Below, one piece after another: positions 40,673 to 50,325 of a DNA stretch of 59,882 nucleotides; the stretch's first letter is position 1; each line of letters begins with the position of its first letter. The position numbers and the translations under genes are program-made. The stretch covers positions 1-59,882 of the forward strand of contig JAQVIV010000002.1 in assembly GCA_028695445.1 (NCBI GenBank), in the 5' to 3' direction. This DNA is from Candidatus Shapirobacteria bacterium. GTDB lineage: Bacteria; Patescibacteriota; Microgenomatia; 0-14-0-10-38-17. The notes beneath the pieces are model-generated. The model had not been told where the DNA came from. It did not search any database and was given only the letters and a program-made list of their open reading frames with translations.

Positions 40673-41003
40673 CTCTTAAGAAGAAGGGATACCATTGATC
40701 GGTTTACCGGTTAATGGAGGAAAGTCCAGACAACAGAAAGCCCGGTGCCCCAATTAAGGTTTGGGGGACTTGCCTATTTTAGGGCAGGGACAGTTAGAGC
40801 CGCAGAGACGAGTCTTGCCTTTTTTAAAAGAAAAGGTGGGGGTGAAACGATCGCCAAAGGCGATGCGTCCGCCCTTGGCGGATGAGGCAATCCTCCCGGT
40901 TGCAATCCAAAGTAAAGATGGCCGCTTTCGCCATAATCTTTGAGTTTGGAGCATAAGATAGATTTCCCTTTTTAAAACAGAATCTGGCTTATTTTCTTAA
41001 GAG
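40673..41003 (+). ncRNA. rnpB: RNase P RNA (bacterial type), compact at about 331 nt
   Basis: GGAGGAAAGTCCAGACA near the 5' end and ACAGAATCTGGCTTA near the 3' end give P4 pairing AGTCCAG/CTGGCTT. The 10-bp P1 pairs ctcttaagaa (40673-40682) with ttcttaagag (40994-41003). Confidence 0.85.
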
Positions 41004-41063
41004 CTTTTCAAATTGGGTTTTTTCTTCTTGACGATGGCCTTTTTTTGGGAGTAATCTGTTTTT

Positions 41064-42578
41064 ATGTTGGCTCGGGCATCTTCGGCGGCAATTCTTGGTT
41101 TGGGAGCTGTTGGGGTTGATATTGAGGTCGATGTTTCTAATCAAGGCCTTCCCAGTTTTGTTGTGGTGGGTTTGGCTGACAAGGCGGTAGAGGAAGCAAA
41201 AGAAAGGGTTAGGAGCGCTATTGGCAACTCCGGCTTTGACTTTCCTGGTCATAAAATAATCGTTAATTTGGCTCCGGCTGATATCCCCAAAGTGGGGACA
41301 TTTTATGATTTGCCAATTGCTTTGGGAATATTAAAGGCCTCTGGCCAATTAAAGGAACCCCTGGAGGGATTATTTTTAGGGGAGTTGTCTTTAAACGGTG
41401 ATCTTCGTCGAGTTAATGGTTGTTTATCGGCAGTTTTATATGCCCGCCAGATAAAAGAAAAGCAGGTTTTTATTCCTTTGGCTAATTCCAATGAAGTGGA
41501 AATTATTAGAGATTTAGATATTTTTCCTGCCAGGAACCTGAAAGAGTTGTTGCTTCATTTTAATAAAGTTTCTTTAATTAAACCCTTGGATCTTAAAAAA
41601 GTGATTATTGCTCACCCGGAAGCGGAGGTAGATTTTTCCGACATTAATGGTCAAAACCAGGCCAAGAGAGCCTTAGAGATTGCCGCCGCCGGAGGTCATA
41701 ATTTATTTTTATTTGGTCCGCCTGGTTCAGGAAAAACGCTTTTGGCTCGAGCCCTACCGGGAATTATGCCTGCCATGACTGAGGAGGAGGTGCTGGAAGC
41801 AACTAAGATTTATTCTGTTTCCGGTAGTCTTGACGGTGGATTGGTTAGCCAGCGCCCCTTTAGAAATCCGCACCACAGTGTTTCTCGAGTTGGTTTAATT
41901 GGCGGTGGTAGTTTTCCCCTGCCGGGCGAAGTATCTCTGGCTCATCGGGGGACGCTGTTTTTGGATGAATTACCGGAATTTCCTCGCCACGTTTTAGAAG
42001 CTCTAAGACAGCCAATGGAAGATGGTTTTGTTACCATTGCTCGGTCTCGGGGTCGTTTTACTTATCCGGCTCAATTTTCTTTGATTGCCGCTTCTAACCC
42101 CTGCCCTTGCGGCTTCTTGGGGGATCCCAAGAAAGCTTGTCGTTGTTCTCCGGCTGAAATTAACCGTTATCAGAAGCGACTATCGGGGCCGTTAATGGAC
42201 AGGATTGATCTTTATGTTGAGGTGCCGGCGGTGCCGGTTAAGAAGTTAATTCAAAAAGTAAGCGGAAAAGACTCTTATCAAATTAGGATGGGAGTAGAGA
42301 GGGCTCGTGAATGTCAGCGCCAGCGCTTTGCTGGCAGTCGGTTAAGTTGTAATGCTGAAATGGGTAGTCGAGAAGTAAAAAAGTATTGTCAAATGAGCCA
42401 TCAGTCATGGCAGATATTAACTGAGGCTTCGGAAAATTTGGCTCTTTCGGCGCGGGGATTTTATCGAACCATTAAAGTTGCTCAAACTATTGCCGACTTG
42501 TCTTCCCAAAAAGAAATCAGTCAAGATCATTTAGCCGAAGCCCTAAATTTTCGCTCTCAACGTTTTACCCATAATTAA
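41064..42578 (+). CDS. YifB/ComM family Mg-chelatase-like AAA+ ATPase
   Basis: N-terminal Lon-like domain, Walker A GPPGSGKT, GTLFLDELPEF, C-terminal helical domain. Confidence 0.93.
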   Translation: MLARASSAAILGLGAVGVDIEVDVSNQGLPSFVVVGLADKAVEEAKERVRSAIGNSGFDFPGHKIIVNLAPADIPKVGTFYDLPIALGILKASGQLKEPLEGLFLGELSLNGDLRRVNGCLSAVLYARQIKEKQVFIPLANSNEVEIIRDLDIFPARNLKELLLHFNKVSLIKPLDLKKVIIAHPEAEVDFSDINGQNQAKRALEIAAAGGHNLFLFGPPGSGKTLLARALPGIMPAMTEEEVLEATKIYSVSGSLDGGLVSQRPFRNPHHSVSRVGLIGGGSFPLPGEVSLAHRGTLFLDELPEFPRHVLEALRQPMEDGFVTIARSRGRFTYPAQFSLIAASNPCPCGFLGDPKKACRCSPAEINRYQKRLSGPLMDRIDLYVEVPAVPVKKLIQKVSGKDSYQIRMGVERARECQRQRFAGSRLSCNAEMGSREVKKYCQMSHQSWQILTEASENLALSARGFYRTIKVAQTIADLSSQKEISQDHLAEALNFRSQRFTHN

Positions 42579-42591
42579 TAAAAACAATAAA

Positions 42592-43581
42592 ATGAAAAGT
42601 CTTGCCATTAAAGCGGTAGCCGGATTGTTATTGGTTTTAGTTTTGTTTTTGGCAATATTTTTAATAGTTAGAAACCCCTCTTTTTTTGACCAAAGAGGGG
42701 TCTTTGGTCCGATCGAAGAAGAGGCGTGGCGGTTTGAAGAAGATGTTGGGGAATTAGCTGAGAAGGCGAAAATTCTTTTTGGTGGTGATTTAATGTTTGA
42801 TCGGCATATCCGTTTTTTTGCTGAGGAAAAGGGTTATGAGTTTGTTTTTGCCGATCTTGAGGGATTGTTTTCTGGTTATGACTTGGTCGTTGCTAACCTG
42901 GAAGGGCCAATTACCGATAATCCCTCAGTTAGCTTGGGAACGGTACCGGGTACGCCAGAAAACTTTATTTTCACCTTTGATCCTCGAGTTGCCCCATTAT
43001 TGACCAATCACAATATTAGTGTTGTTTGTTTGGGTAATAACCATATTTTAAATTTTGGTCAAACCGGCCTGGAAGCTACCAGGCGGTATTTGTCTAGAGC
43101 AGGGGTGGACTTTTTTGGTTTTGCTGGCGATGATGAAAATAGGACCCTGGTTAGAAAAGTTGGTTCTTTAAGCTTTGGTTTTGCCAATTACAACCAGTTT
43201 CAGGAAGGAGGATTACTGGCGGCCCAAGAAGACATAGCCTCTTTAAAGGGAAGGGTTGATTGGCTGATCCTTTATGCTCACTGGGGTAATGAATATCAAC
43301 CTCAAGCCGGTCCGGCCATTGAAGAACTGGCCAGAGATTTTATTGATCGGGGAGTGGATTTGATTATTGGAAGCCACCCCCATGTTATCCAGCAAAAGGA
43401 AATCTATCGGGACAAAATAATTTATTATTCTTTAGGTAATTTTGTTTTTGATCAATATTTTTCTCCGGAAGTGACCAGGGGGCTTTTGGTGGGGCTGGAA
43501 ATCGATCGGTCAACCGGGGTGATTGATATTAAGGAGTGGCCAATTATAATGCTTCCAGGAGGGCAAACAACCCTTGATTGA
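42592..43581 (+). CDS. CapA family metallophosphatase-like protein
   Basis: N-terminal TM; GDLMFDR, ANLEGPIT, LGNNH, YAHWGNEY, GSHPHV, SLGNFVFDQ motifs. Confidence 0.88.
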   Translation: MKSLAIKAVAGLLLVLVLFLAIFLIVRNPSFFDQRGVFGPIEEEAWRFEEDVGELAEKAKILFGGDLMFDRHIRFFAEEKGYEFVFADLEGLFSGYDLVVANLEGPITDNPSVSLGTVPGTPENFIFTFDPRVAPLLTNHNISVVCLGNNHILNFGQTGLEATRRYLSRAGVDFFGFAGDDENRTLVRKVGSLSFGFANYNQFQEGGLLAAQEDIASLKGRVDWLILYAHWGNEYQPQAGPAIEELARDFIDRGVDLIIGSHPHVIQQKEIYRDKIIYYSLGNFVFDQYFSPEVTRGLLVGLEIDRSTGVIDIKEWPIIMLPGGQTTLD

Positions 43582-43730
43582 ATTGACAATTGGGTGGTGT
43601 AAAAAAAGCCTCTATAATAAAAAAACACCAAAAAACCCACTTGTCTTAATTGTTAGTTATTTTCGAACAGAAAAACAAGTGAGTTGTTTTGGGTTGTTTT
43701 AGAAAGAAACAACTTTCCTTTATGAACCGC

Positions 43731-43874
43731 TTATGCCATGGGCAAAACTCGGTACATACCGGTACCGCAGTTTGGACACTTGGTCTTAGCGGCTCGACGA
43801 CCGTTTTTCCAGGTAACGGTTTCGTAGTTGTCAACTTCTTTCTTTTCGCGACACTTAACGCAATAAAAGGTCAT
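43731..43874 (-). CDS. DUF5679-like zinc-ribbon protein
   Basis: MTFYCVKCREKKEV......TWKNGRRA.KTKCPNCGT.MYR. The internal ATG is preferred over the longer track ORF. Confidence 0.7.
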   Translation of the reverse strand: MTFYCVKCREKKEVDNYETVTWKNGRRAAKTKCPNCGTGMYRVLPMA

Positions 43875-43934
43875 TCTTGTCACCCCCTTCTGGGCAGATT
43901 GATAAAATTTTAAACTAACTGACAAAAGCTGTTC

Positions 43935-44138
43935 CTATTTCAACTGCCAGTATAGCACAAGCTGAAAAATCAGAACAATAAAAGCCAGAGCAAAGCTTTT
44001 GATTAGGTCTTTTTTAATCCAGGAGGCATTGTCTAGAGAAAAAGCATTGGACTGCTCTGGGAGGTTTTTGGGCAGAACGGAATAATCTTTCTTTCTTAGG
44101 TCAGCGGCCTGTTTTTCTTTTCTTGTTTTCTTGACCAT
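43935..44138 (-). CDS. hypothetical small membrane protein
   Basis: 67 aa with a Lys-rich N-terminus and one C-terminal TM (SFALAFIVLIFQLVLYW). Confidence 0.45.
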   Translation of the reverse strand: MVKKTRKEKQAADLRKKDYSVLPKNLPEQSNAFSLDNASWIKKDLIKSFALAFIVLIFQLVLYWQLK

Positions 44139-44224
44139 CAGCCTTATCTTAGCCTAAACAAGGCTACTTTGCAAGAAGAAAGAGGAAAAACTGTTTTTTC
44201 TTGTCCCGGTCGAGATTCTTCGTC

Positions 44225-44314
44225 CGCCAGCTTGCTGGCGTTGCGGGTGCGGCAACTCAAACAATATAACAATATAATATCTAACCATATAGCCATTTAG
44301 CCATTATTCTTTTT
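44225..44314. repeat. member of the mosaic repeat family (GC hairpin plus C-type words)
   Basis: cgccagc-tt-gctggcg (44225-44240), then caaacaatataacaatataatatctaaccatatagccatttagccatt. Confidence 0.55.
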
Positions 44315-44833
44315 TTGTTGACATTATTATTGGAAGAAAGTTATTATAAGGACAAGGTGTTTTCCGAGGATTTTCTTACCGGTTTGAACATTGTTTGGTT
44401 GGTAGTTTTTTTTTGGTTATCGGCGCTAACCATTTTTTTAGTTTTGGCAATTCGCCGCTATCAAAAACTAACTAGGGGGGTTGGATCAGGTTCTCTAGAT
44501 AAAATTATTCAAAAAATTCTTGCTGATCAGGAAAAAAGTAACAAAGAGGTTGGGTTAAACCGGAATAAGATTTCTCTTATTGAAGATAAGGCTAAGAATT
44601 ATTTTCAGAAGATGGCTTTGGTTCGGTATAATCCATTTAATCAAACCGGCGGCAACCAAAGCTTTTCCTTGACCTTGTTAGACAAGGAAAACAGTGGTAT
44701 AGTTATTTCTAGCTTCCATAGCCGGGAAGGGACCAGGCTTTATGCTAAAATTATTACTCTCGGAAAAACAGATGACTCTTTTTCTAAGGAAGAAAAAATG
44801 GCGGTTAAAGAAGCGATTAACAAAAGGCAATAA
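44315..44833 (+). CDS. DUF4446 family protein (start ambiguous: TTG 44315 or GTG 44357)
   Basis: N-terminal TM, then RYNPFNQTGGNQSFSLTLLD...GIVISS.HSREGTRLYAK. Confidence 0.8.
   Translation: MLTLLLEESYYKDKVFSEDFLTGLNIVWLVVFFWLSALTIFLVLAIRRYQKLTRGVGSGSLDKIIQKILADQEKSNKEVGLNRNKISLIEDKAKNYFQKMALVRYNPFNQTGGNQSFSLTLLDKENSGIVISSFHSREGTRLYAKIITLGKTDDSFSKEEKMAVKEAINKRQ
44318..44347 (+). promoter_or_regulatory. possible promoter TTGACA-N18-TATTAT inside the 5' end of the DUF4446 track ORF
   Basis: Perfect -35 at 44318-44323. If used, translation would begin at GTG 44357. Confidence 0.35.
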
Positions 44834-46020
44834 TGAATAAGTCAAAGAAAATTCTTATTGGTGGTGGGGTGGCCTTATATTTAGTTGTTACCGGTTTTTC
44901 TTGGGCGGTTTTTGGTTATTTTAATCAGGAACCTATGGTTATTGCTCCCACTGATCGAGATGGGCAAAATGTTACCGAAGCCCTGGGGCCCAAAGATCAA
45001 GAGTGTCCTATCAACGGGGCTTATTTTACCAAAACAGAAAGAGATATTTGGCAAGCTCGTCGGCCGCTAACAGTAACAATTGAAAACCATCTTGACTCTA
45101 GACCTCAATCCGGTCTGTCTCGGGCCGATGTAGTTTATGAGGCGGTGGCAGAAGGTGGTATTACCAGGTTCTTGGGTGTTTTTTATTGTGGAGCGGCCTT
45201 GCCAGATGAGCAAAAATACGACATTGGTCCGGTTCGTTCTGCGCGGACCTATTTTCTTGATTGGGTTTCGGAATATGGGGATTATCCGCTTTATACTCAT
45301 GTTGGCGGTGCCGGCGAGTGCGGTGATCCAACTGTCCACGAGGAGGCTAAAGCTCTTTGTCAAATTCGCCAATATGGCTGGATGAATGAGGGGACTTGGA
45401 GTGATTTCAACCAATTTTCTCTTTCTTACAATGAGTGTCGGCGAGATACTCGGTTGGGAGCCAATGTGGCCACGGAACATACTGTGTATTGCGACACCGT
45501 GGCCCTGTGGGATAAAGCGGCTCAGCGAGGTTTGGCCGCTAAAACCTCGGTTTCCGGTGACGATTGGGATAAAAATTTTCGCTCTTGGCTTTTTAAGGAG
45601 GAGGCAAAGCTAGTCGATCGAGGAGAGGTTAACCAAATTGGGGTTTATTTTTGGAAAAACCAGCCTAGTTATGATGTGATTTGGCAGTACGATAAAGAAG
45701 GCAACAATTACCAACGGATTAACGGCGGTTCGCCCCACAAAGACTTTGTTGCTGATGAGGCCTTGTTGGCAAAGGTGGTTATTATTCAGTTAACCAGAGA
45801 GCGGGGCCCAGTTGGTGATAAAAAACACCTTCTTTATGATACTCTTGGTGAAGGCCAATTATTTGTTTTTCAGGATGGACAAGTCGAAAAGGGAACCTGG
45901 GAAAAAGATTTTCGAGAAAGCAGAACAAGATTTTTTGATAATTCCGGCGCCGAAATTCGCTTGAATCGGGGGTTGATTTGGGTTCAGATTGTGCCAGCCG
46001 GTAACACGATCGAGTTTTAA
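44833..46020 (+). CDS. DUF3048 domain-containing protein
   Basis: N-terminal TM, CP.NG, RRPL.V.IEN....RPQSGL..ADVVYE..AEGGITRF...F. Confidence 0.8.
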   Translation: MNKSKKILIGGGVALYLVVTGFSWAVFGYFNQEPMVIAPTDRDGQNVTEALGPKDQECPINGAYFTKTERDIWQARRPLTVTIENHLDSRPQSGLSRADVVYEAVAEGGITRFLGVFYCGAALPDEQKYDIGPVRSARTYFLDWVSEYGDYPLYTHVGGAGECGDPTVHEEAKALCQIRQYGWMNEGTWSDFNQFSLSYNECRRDTRLGANVATEHTVYCDTVALWDKAAQRGLAAKTSVSGDDWDKNFRSWLFKEEAKLVDRGEVNQIGVYFWKNQPSYDVIWQYDKEGNNYQRINGGSPHKDFVADEALLAKVVIIQLTRERGPVGDKKHLLYDTLGEGQLFVFQDGQVEKGTWEKDFRESRTRFFDNSGAEIRLNRGLIWVQIVPAGNTIEF

Positions 46021-46024
46021 TTTT

Positions 46025-46600
46025 ATGCTTCGTAATTTTTTTGTTTCTAAAGTTAGAGTTAAACTGCTTCAGACGTTTTTTTTTCAACCCGACAAACTTT
46101 TTTATGGTCGACAATTGTCTCGTCGTCTAGGGGAACAGATCAATGCCATTCGTCGAGAACTGGAGAACCTGAAAGAAGCGGGTTTGTTAAAAAGCGAGAA
46201 GAGGGGCAATAGAATTTATTTCTATTTAAATAAAGATTTCGTTCATTATGAAGCATTATTATTGCTCATATTAAAGACCGTCGGCCTGGGTCGAGCGATG
46301 ATTAATAATCAGTCTCGTTTAGGCAGGATAAAATGGGTCTTTTTTTCCAAAAATTTTGCCCAAAACTTACCGGTCGAGAAAGAAGAAATCGATATTTTTT
46401 TTGTTGGCGAAGTAATTATGCCTGAACTGTCATCCCTGGTAGCTCAGGAGGAAAAAGCAAGAGGGCGGGAAATAAATTATTCAGTCATGAATGAGACAGA
46501 ATTTCGCTTTCGCTATTCGGGAAAAGACCCCTTTTTAACCAGTCTGTTGATGGCGCCTCGGTTTACCATCTTGGGTAGTGAAAGCCATCTTTTAAGCTGA
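46025..46600 (+). CDS. winged-helix (ArsR-like) transcriptional regulator family protein
   Basis: ATG 46025 is preferred over the overlapping track start. Contains R.L.R.LGEQINAIRRELENLKEAGLL.SEKRGN.IYY. Confidence 0.6.
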   Translation: MLRNFFVSKVRVKLLQTFFFQPDKLFYGRQLSRRLGEQINAIRRELENLKEAGLLKSEKRGNRIYFYLNKDFVHYEALLLLILKTVGLGRAMINNQSRLGRIKWVFFSKNFAQNLPVEKEEIDIFFVGEVIMPELSSLVAQEEKARGREINYSVMNETEFRFRYSGKDPFLTSLLMAPRFTILGSESHLLS

Positions 46601-46613
46601 TTGTTTTTTTAAA

Positions 46614-47936
46614 ATGAAACCAGTTAAAATTTTTATTGTTATTCTTATTTTGGCCGTTTTACTTTTTTATGTTAATCTGCCTAATCAAGTTTCTTGGTCA
46701 AAAAATATTTTTGGCCGATCAATTGAGGGCCAAATTAATATCCCTCACCCCACGATTTATTTATTGGGTACACCCATTCCCACCTCTTATCCCCTGCATT
46801 TGGGTTTAGATTTGGCCGGTGGCAGTCACTTGGTTTTTGAGGCTCAAAGCCAAGATTTGGCCATTGAGGAAAGAAACCGCTTGACGGAGGCTTTAACGGA
46901 AAACATCAGGAGAAGAATTGACATTTATGGTGTTTCGGAAAGCCTGGTGCAATCGGCCTGGGAGGATGAAATTTTAAGAATTATTGTTGAGCTTCCGGGA
47001 GTTGAGGATACAAAAGAGGCAATTGCTCTGGTTGGTCAGACTGCTCAACTTGATTTTCGTCGTCAGGCCGATGAGGCTTCGGTTTCGGCCGGATTTGTGG
47101 TCACCGACTTAACCGGAGCCGACTTAAAATCCTCCGGGGTTGACTTTAATCCTAACACGAACCAGCCGGTGGTTACTTTGGAATTTACCGATCAGGGTAG
47201 AGAAAAATTTGCTCAAATTACTCAAGAAGTTCAAGGTCAAATTTTGGCGATTTTTTTAGATGAGGTTCCCCTATCTTTTCCTGTTGTTGAAGAACCAATT
47301 ACCCAGGGTCAGGCCTTAATTAGCGGCCAATTCAGCCTTGATGAAGCCAAAAAACTGTCGGCCCAACTTAATGCCGGAGCGCTGCCGGTTTCCCTAGATT
47401 TGGTTAGTCAAAAAACTGTTGAAGCCACCCTGGGTGACCAATCAATTCGAAAAAGCATCATTGCTGGTCTAGTCGGTTTGGCGGCGGTAGCAATTTTTAC
47501 TTTAGCTTTTTACGGCAGTTTAGGACTGTTTGCCTGTTTTTCTTTATTTATTTATGCCTTAGCGTCTTTTTTCTTATATCGGATAATTCCTATTACTCTT
47601 ACCCTTCCCGGAATTGCCGGCTTTGTTCTCTCGGTGGGCATGGCGGTTGATGCTAATATTGTTATTTTTGAAAGACTAAGAGCTGAGCTTCGTACTGGTA
47701 AAAGCTACCAAGTGGCCCGAGAAGTAGCTTTTGGCAAGGCCTGGGACTCAATAAAGGATGCTAACATCTGCACCTTAATTGCTGGTTTTGTTTTATTCAA
47801 CCCTTTCGATTGGTCATTTTTGCCTTTGGCCGGCATGGTCCGGGGTTTTGCCTTAACCCTGAGTTTGGGGGTAATTGTGTCACTTTTTACCGGAATTGTT
47901 GTTACCAGAAATTTAATGAGAGTGTTTAGTAAGTAA
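46614..47936 (+). CDS. secD: protein translocase subunit SecD
   Basis: LGLDL.GG.H, GQTA.L.F, C-terminal 6-TM domain with GMAVDANI.IFER. Confidence 0.93.
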   Translation: MKPVKIFIVILILAVLLFYVNLPNQVSWSKNIFGRSIEGQINIPHPTIYLLGTPIPTSYPLHLGLDLAGGSHLVFEAQSQDLAIEERNRLTEALTENIRRRIDIYGVSESLVQSAWEDEILRIIVELPGVEDTKEAIALVGQTAQLDFRRQADEASVSAGFVVTDLTGADLKSSGVDFNPNTNQPVVTLEFTDQGREKFAQITQEVQGQILAIFLDEVPLSFPVVEEPITQGQALISGQFSLDEAKKLSAQLNAGALPVSLDLVSQKTVEATLGDQSIRKSIIAGLVGLAAVAIFTLAFYGSLGLFACFSLFIYALASFFLYRIIPITLTLPGIAGFVLSVGMAVDANIVIFERLRAELRTGKSYQVAREVAFGKAWDSIKDANICTLIAGFVLFNPFDWSFLPLAGMVRGFALTLSLGVIVSLFTGIVVTRNLMRVFSK

Positions 47937-48027
47937 TTCTTAATTTTTAATGAATTTCTAATGATTTAATGTTTTAAAAATTTAGACAATAAAAATTGAA
48001 TAGAAATTAGAAATTTAAAATTAAACT
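47937..48027. repeat. foldback element (inverted A plus A) between secD and secF
   Basis: Positions 47942-48009 are identical to 9597-9664 (68 nt). Confidence 0.85.
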
Positions 48028-48885
48028 ATGAACTTTATCAAATACCGTTTTATCAGTTTTATTTTTTCTAGTTTATTAATTTTGGCCTCGATTTATGGTT
48101 TAGTCCGCTTTGGTTTGGTTTTGGGGGTTGATTTTATTGGCGGTTCTTTGGTTGAGGTACTGCCGGGCCGGGAACAAAACCCAGATCAGGTAAGGAAAAA
48201 TTTAGAAGAGAACGGTTTATCGGTTAGTCAAATTCAACAAACAGGCGTGGGGAGCCTATTAATTCGTTTTGAGGGTGGTTGGAAGGAAAAAGATCAAGTT
48301 GTGGCCTTTTTTCAGAATCGAGGCGGTCAGGTTTTGCGCGATGAAACTGTTGGACCAACCTTTGGTAAGGAACTATTTAAAAAAGCCCTGCTGGCAATTG
48401 GCTTAACAATAATTTTAATACTTGCTTTTATTGCCTGGCGATTTGGCGATTTAAATTTTGGCTTGATAGCAGTGATTGCCATGGTTCATGACAACTTAAT
48501 TCTTTTGGGAATTTTTTCTTTTTTGGGGCGGTTTTTGGCTGCTCCGGTAGATTCTTTGTTTATTACTGCCGCTTTAACCACTTTGGCCACCTCGGTTTAT
48601 GATACCGTGGTTACTTTTGGCTATATTCGCGACCAGCTAAAACAATCTTTTCACTCTTCCGATATTGAAAAAACCGCCAATGAAGCTATCGGTGCTACGG
48701 TGGTGCGCAACATTAATAATTCTTGGACAATTATTTTCATGCTGGTGGCTATTTTGCTTTTGGGTGGAGAAACGATTACTTGGTTTGCTGTTGCTTTGCT
48801 GGTCGGTACTATTCTGGGGACTTATTCGTCAACCCTTTTGGCGGTGCCGCTTTTGGTGGTTTGGCAAAAAGTAAGGCAGAAATAG
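48028..48885 (+). CDS. secF: protein translocase subunit SecF
   Basis: GLVLGVDFIGGS, 6-TM domain, position after secD. Confidence 0.93.
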   Translation: MNFIKYRFISFIFSSLLILASIYGLVRFGLVLGVDFIGGSLVEVLPGREQNPDQVRKNLEENGLSVSQIQQTGVGSLLIRFEGGWKEKDQVVAFFQNRGGQVLRDETVGPTFGKELFKKALLAIGLTIILILAFIAWRFGDLNFGLIAVIAMVHDNLILLGIFSFLGRFLAAPVDSLFITAALTTLATSVYDTVVTFGYIRDQLKQSFHSSDIEKTANEAIGATVVRNINNSWTIIFMLVAILLLGGETITWFAVALLVGTILGTYSSTLLAVPLLVVWQKVRQK

Positions 48886-48888
48886 TCG

Positions 48889-50274
48889 TTAGTTTTTAGA
48901 CTTGGAGCCGGATTGTTCTTTTAGTTTAGCCAAAAGAATTTTTCTGTCGTTTGCTAGCTGTTTGTTGTCAACCTGATCAAAAAGGCTGGCTAGAATTTGG
49001 CCTACTTTTGGTCCGGGAGGTATATTTAGAGTTTTCATAACGTCGCGGCCGTTAATTTTTAAGTCTTTAATTGAGAAAGGCTCCCTTTGAACTTCAATTA
49101 ATCTTTTTTTGAATAATTCGGTTCGCCAGGAAGTTTCTTTGGCGCCACTGCCCAAGCGGTCTCCAGTCCGTAATGCCAACATGTCGGGAATATTTTCCGG
49201 TCCGACTCGGCGAATAAAGCGTTTAATGGCTTTGTCGGTTTGTTCTTCGGAAACAGAAAACTGATGATGGCGAACTAATTTAACTAGACGGTTTAAATCT
49301 TTTTTGGATAGTTTTAACCTTTGGCCAATTTGGCGAGCCAGGGAAGCGCTAACCACCTCGTGATTATGAAAAGTTCTTTGGCCGTTTTCGTCTTTGACGA
49401 CGATTGGTTTGCCGATATCGTGAATTAAGGCGGCCAGTCGAACAACCGGGTTAAGTTTAGGGCAGTATTGGGCTGAAAGCAGAGAGTGTTTCCAAACCCC
49501 CCAAAGATGATGGCCTTTTTGAGCCATTTGGTAACCCTTGATTAATTCCGGTAAAAGGTGGTTAATTAATCCGGTGGTTCTTAGAGTTTCAAAGGCCAAT
49601 TCGATCTGATCGGTCAAAAGAATTTTGAAAAGCTCTTCGCGAATTCTTTCCCAAGAAACATTTTCAATTAACAGGGCTTGTTTTTTAATGGCCGATAAGG
49701 TTTTGTTTTCAATGCTAAAATTAAGTTGGGCTGATAACCGGATGGCTCGCAATAGCCTTAGGGCATCTTCAGCAAAGCGCTCTTCGGGATTGCCAACGGC
49801 GCGGATTAGCTTTTTTTCTAAATCTTTCTGGCCGGAAAATTTATCAACTAATTTTGGCTGGAAGATTTTTTCTTTTGCCCTTACCCCCAGAGCAAGAGCG
49901 TTAATAGTAAAATCTCGGCGGGAGAGATCTTCCTCGATAGTTTTTCCCCAGGAAACCTTATCTGGATGGCGATGATCTTGGTAGCCGGATTCAGACCGGA
50001 AAGTGGTGATTTCAATTTGGCGTTTTTGCTGGGGTATTTTAACCGTACCATAAGCGTTGTCGTAAAAACTGTTGGGGAAAAGTTCTTGGATTTTTTTTGG
50101 TGGAGCCAGGGTGGCAAAATCTAAATCTCCAATAGGAAGGCCAAGTAAAAGATCGCGAACCGCCCCGCCGACCAAAAAAATGTCAAAACCGGCCCGATAA
50201 ATTTTTTTCAGAATACTAACGCTTTCTGGAGGAAGTTTTTGATAAAGATCTTTGGTAATTATCGCCTTTTTCAT
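48889..50274 (-). CDS. cca: CCA-adding enzyme / poly(A) polymerase family nucleotidyltransferase with HD domain
   Basis: Starts MKKAIITKD... Contains LVGGAVRDLLLG..I.D.DFAT, RDFTINA, and HD domain LIHDIGK. The track N-terminal extension (to 50517) overlaps the recJ 5' region and is rejected. Confidence 0.88.
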   Translation of the reverse strand: MKKAIITKDLYQKLPPESVSILKKIYRAGFDIFLVGGAVRDLLLGLPIGDLDFATLAPPKKIQELFPNSFYDNAYGTVKIPQQKRQIEITTFRSESGYQDHRHPDKVSWGKTIEEDLSRRDFTINALALGVRAKEKIFQPKLVDKFSGQKDLEKKLIRAVGNPEERFAEDALRLLRAIRLSAQLNFSIENKTLSAIKKQALLIENVSWERIREELFKILLTDQIELAFETLRTTGLINHLLPELIKGYQMAQKGHHLWGVWKHSLLSAQYCPKLNPVVRLAALIHDIGKPIVVKDENGQRTFHNHEVVSASLARQIGQRLKLSKKDLNRLVKLVRHHQFSVSEEQTDKAIKRFIRRVGPENIPDMLALRTGDRLGSGAKETSWRTELFKKRLIEVQREPFSIKDLKINGRDVMKTLNIPPGPKVGQILASLFDQVDNKQLANDRKILLAKLKEQSGSKSKN

Positions 50275-50325
50275 TATAATAAAGACACTAAGAAAGGAAT
50301 CAATGGCTAATAAATTCATTCTATC

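Noticed and set aside
40754-41252. ORFs 40754-40954 (-), 40761-40943 (+) and 40989-41252 (-).
   Set aside because: The first two lie inside the RNase P RNA. The third overlaps its 3' end and the 5' end of the YifB/ComM gene.
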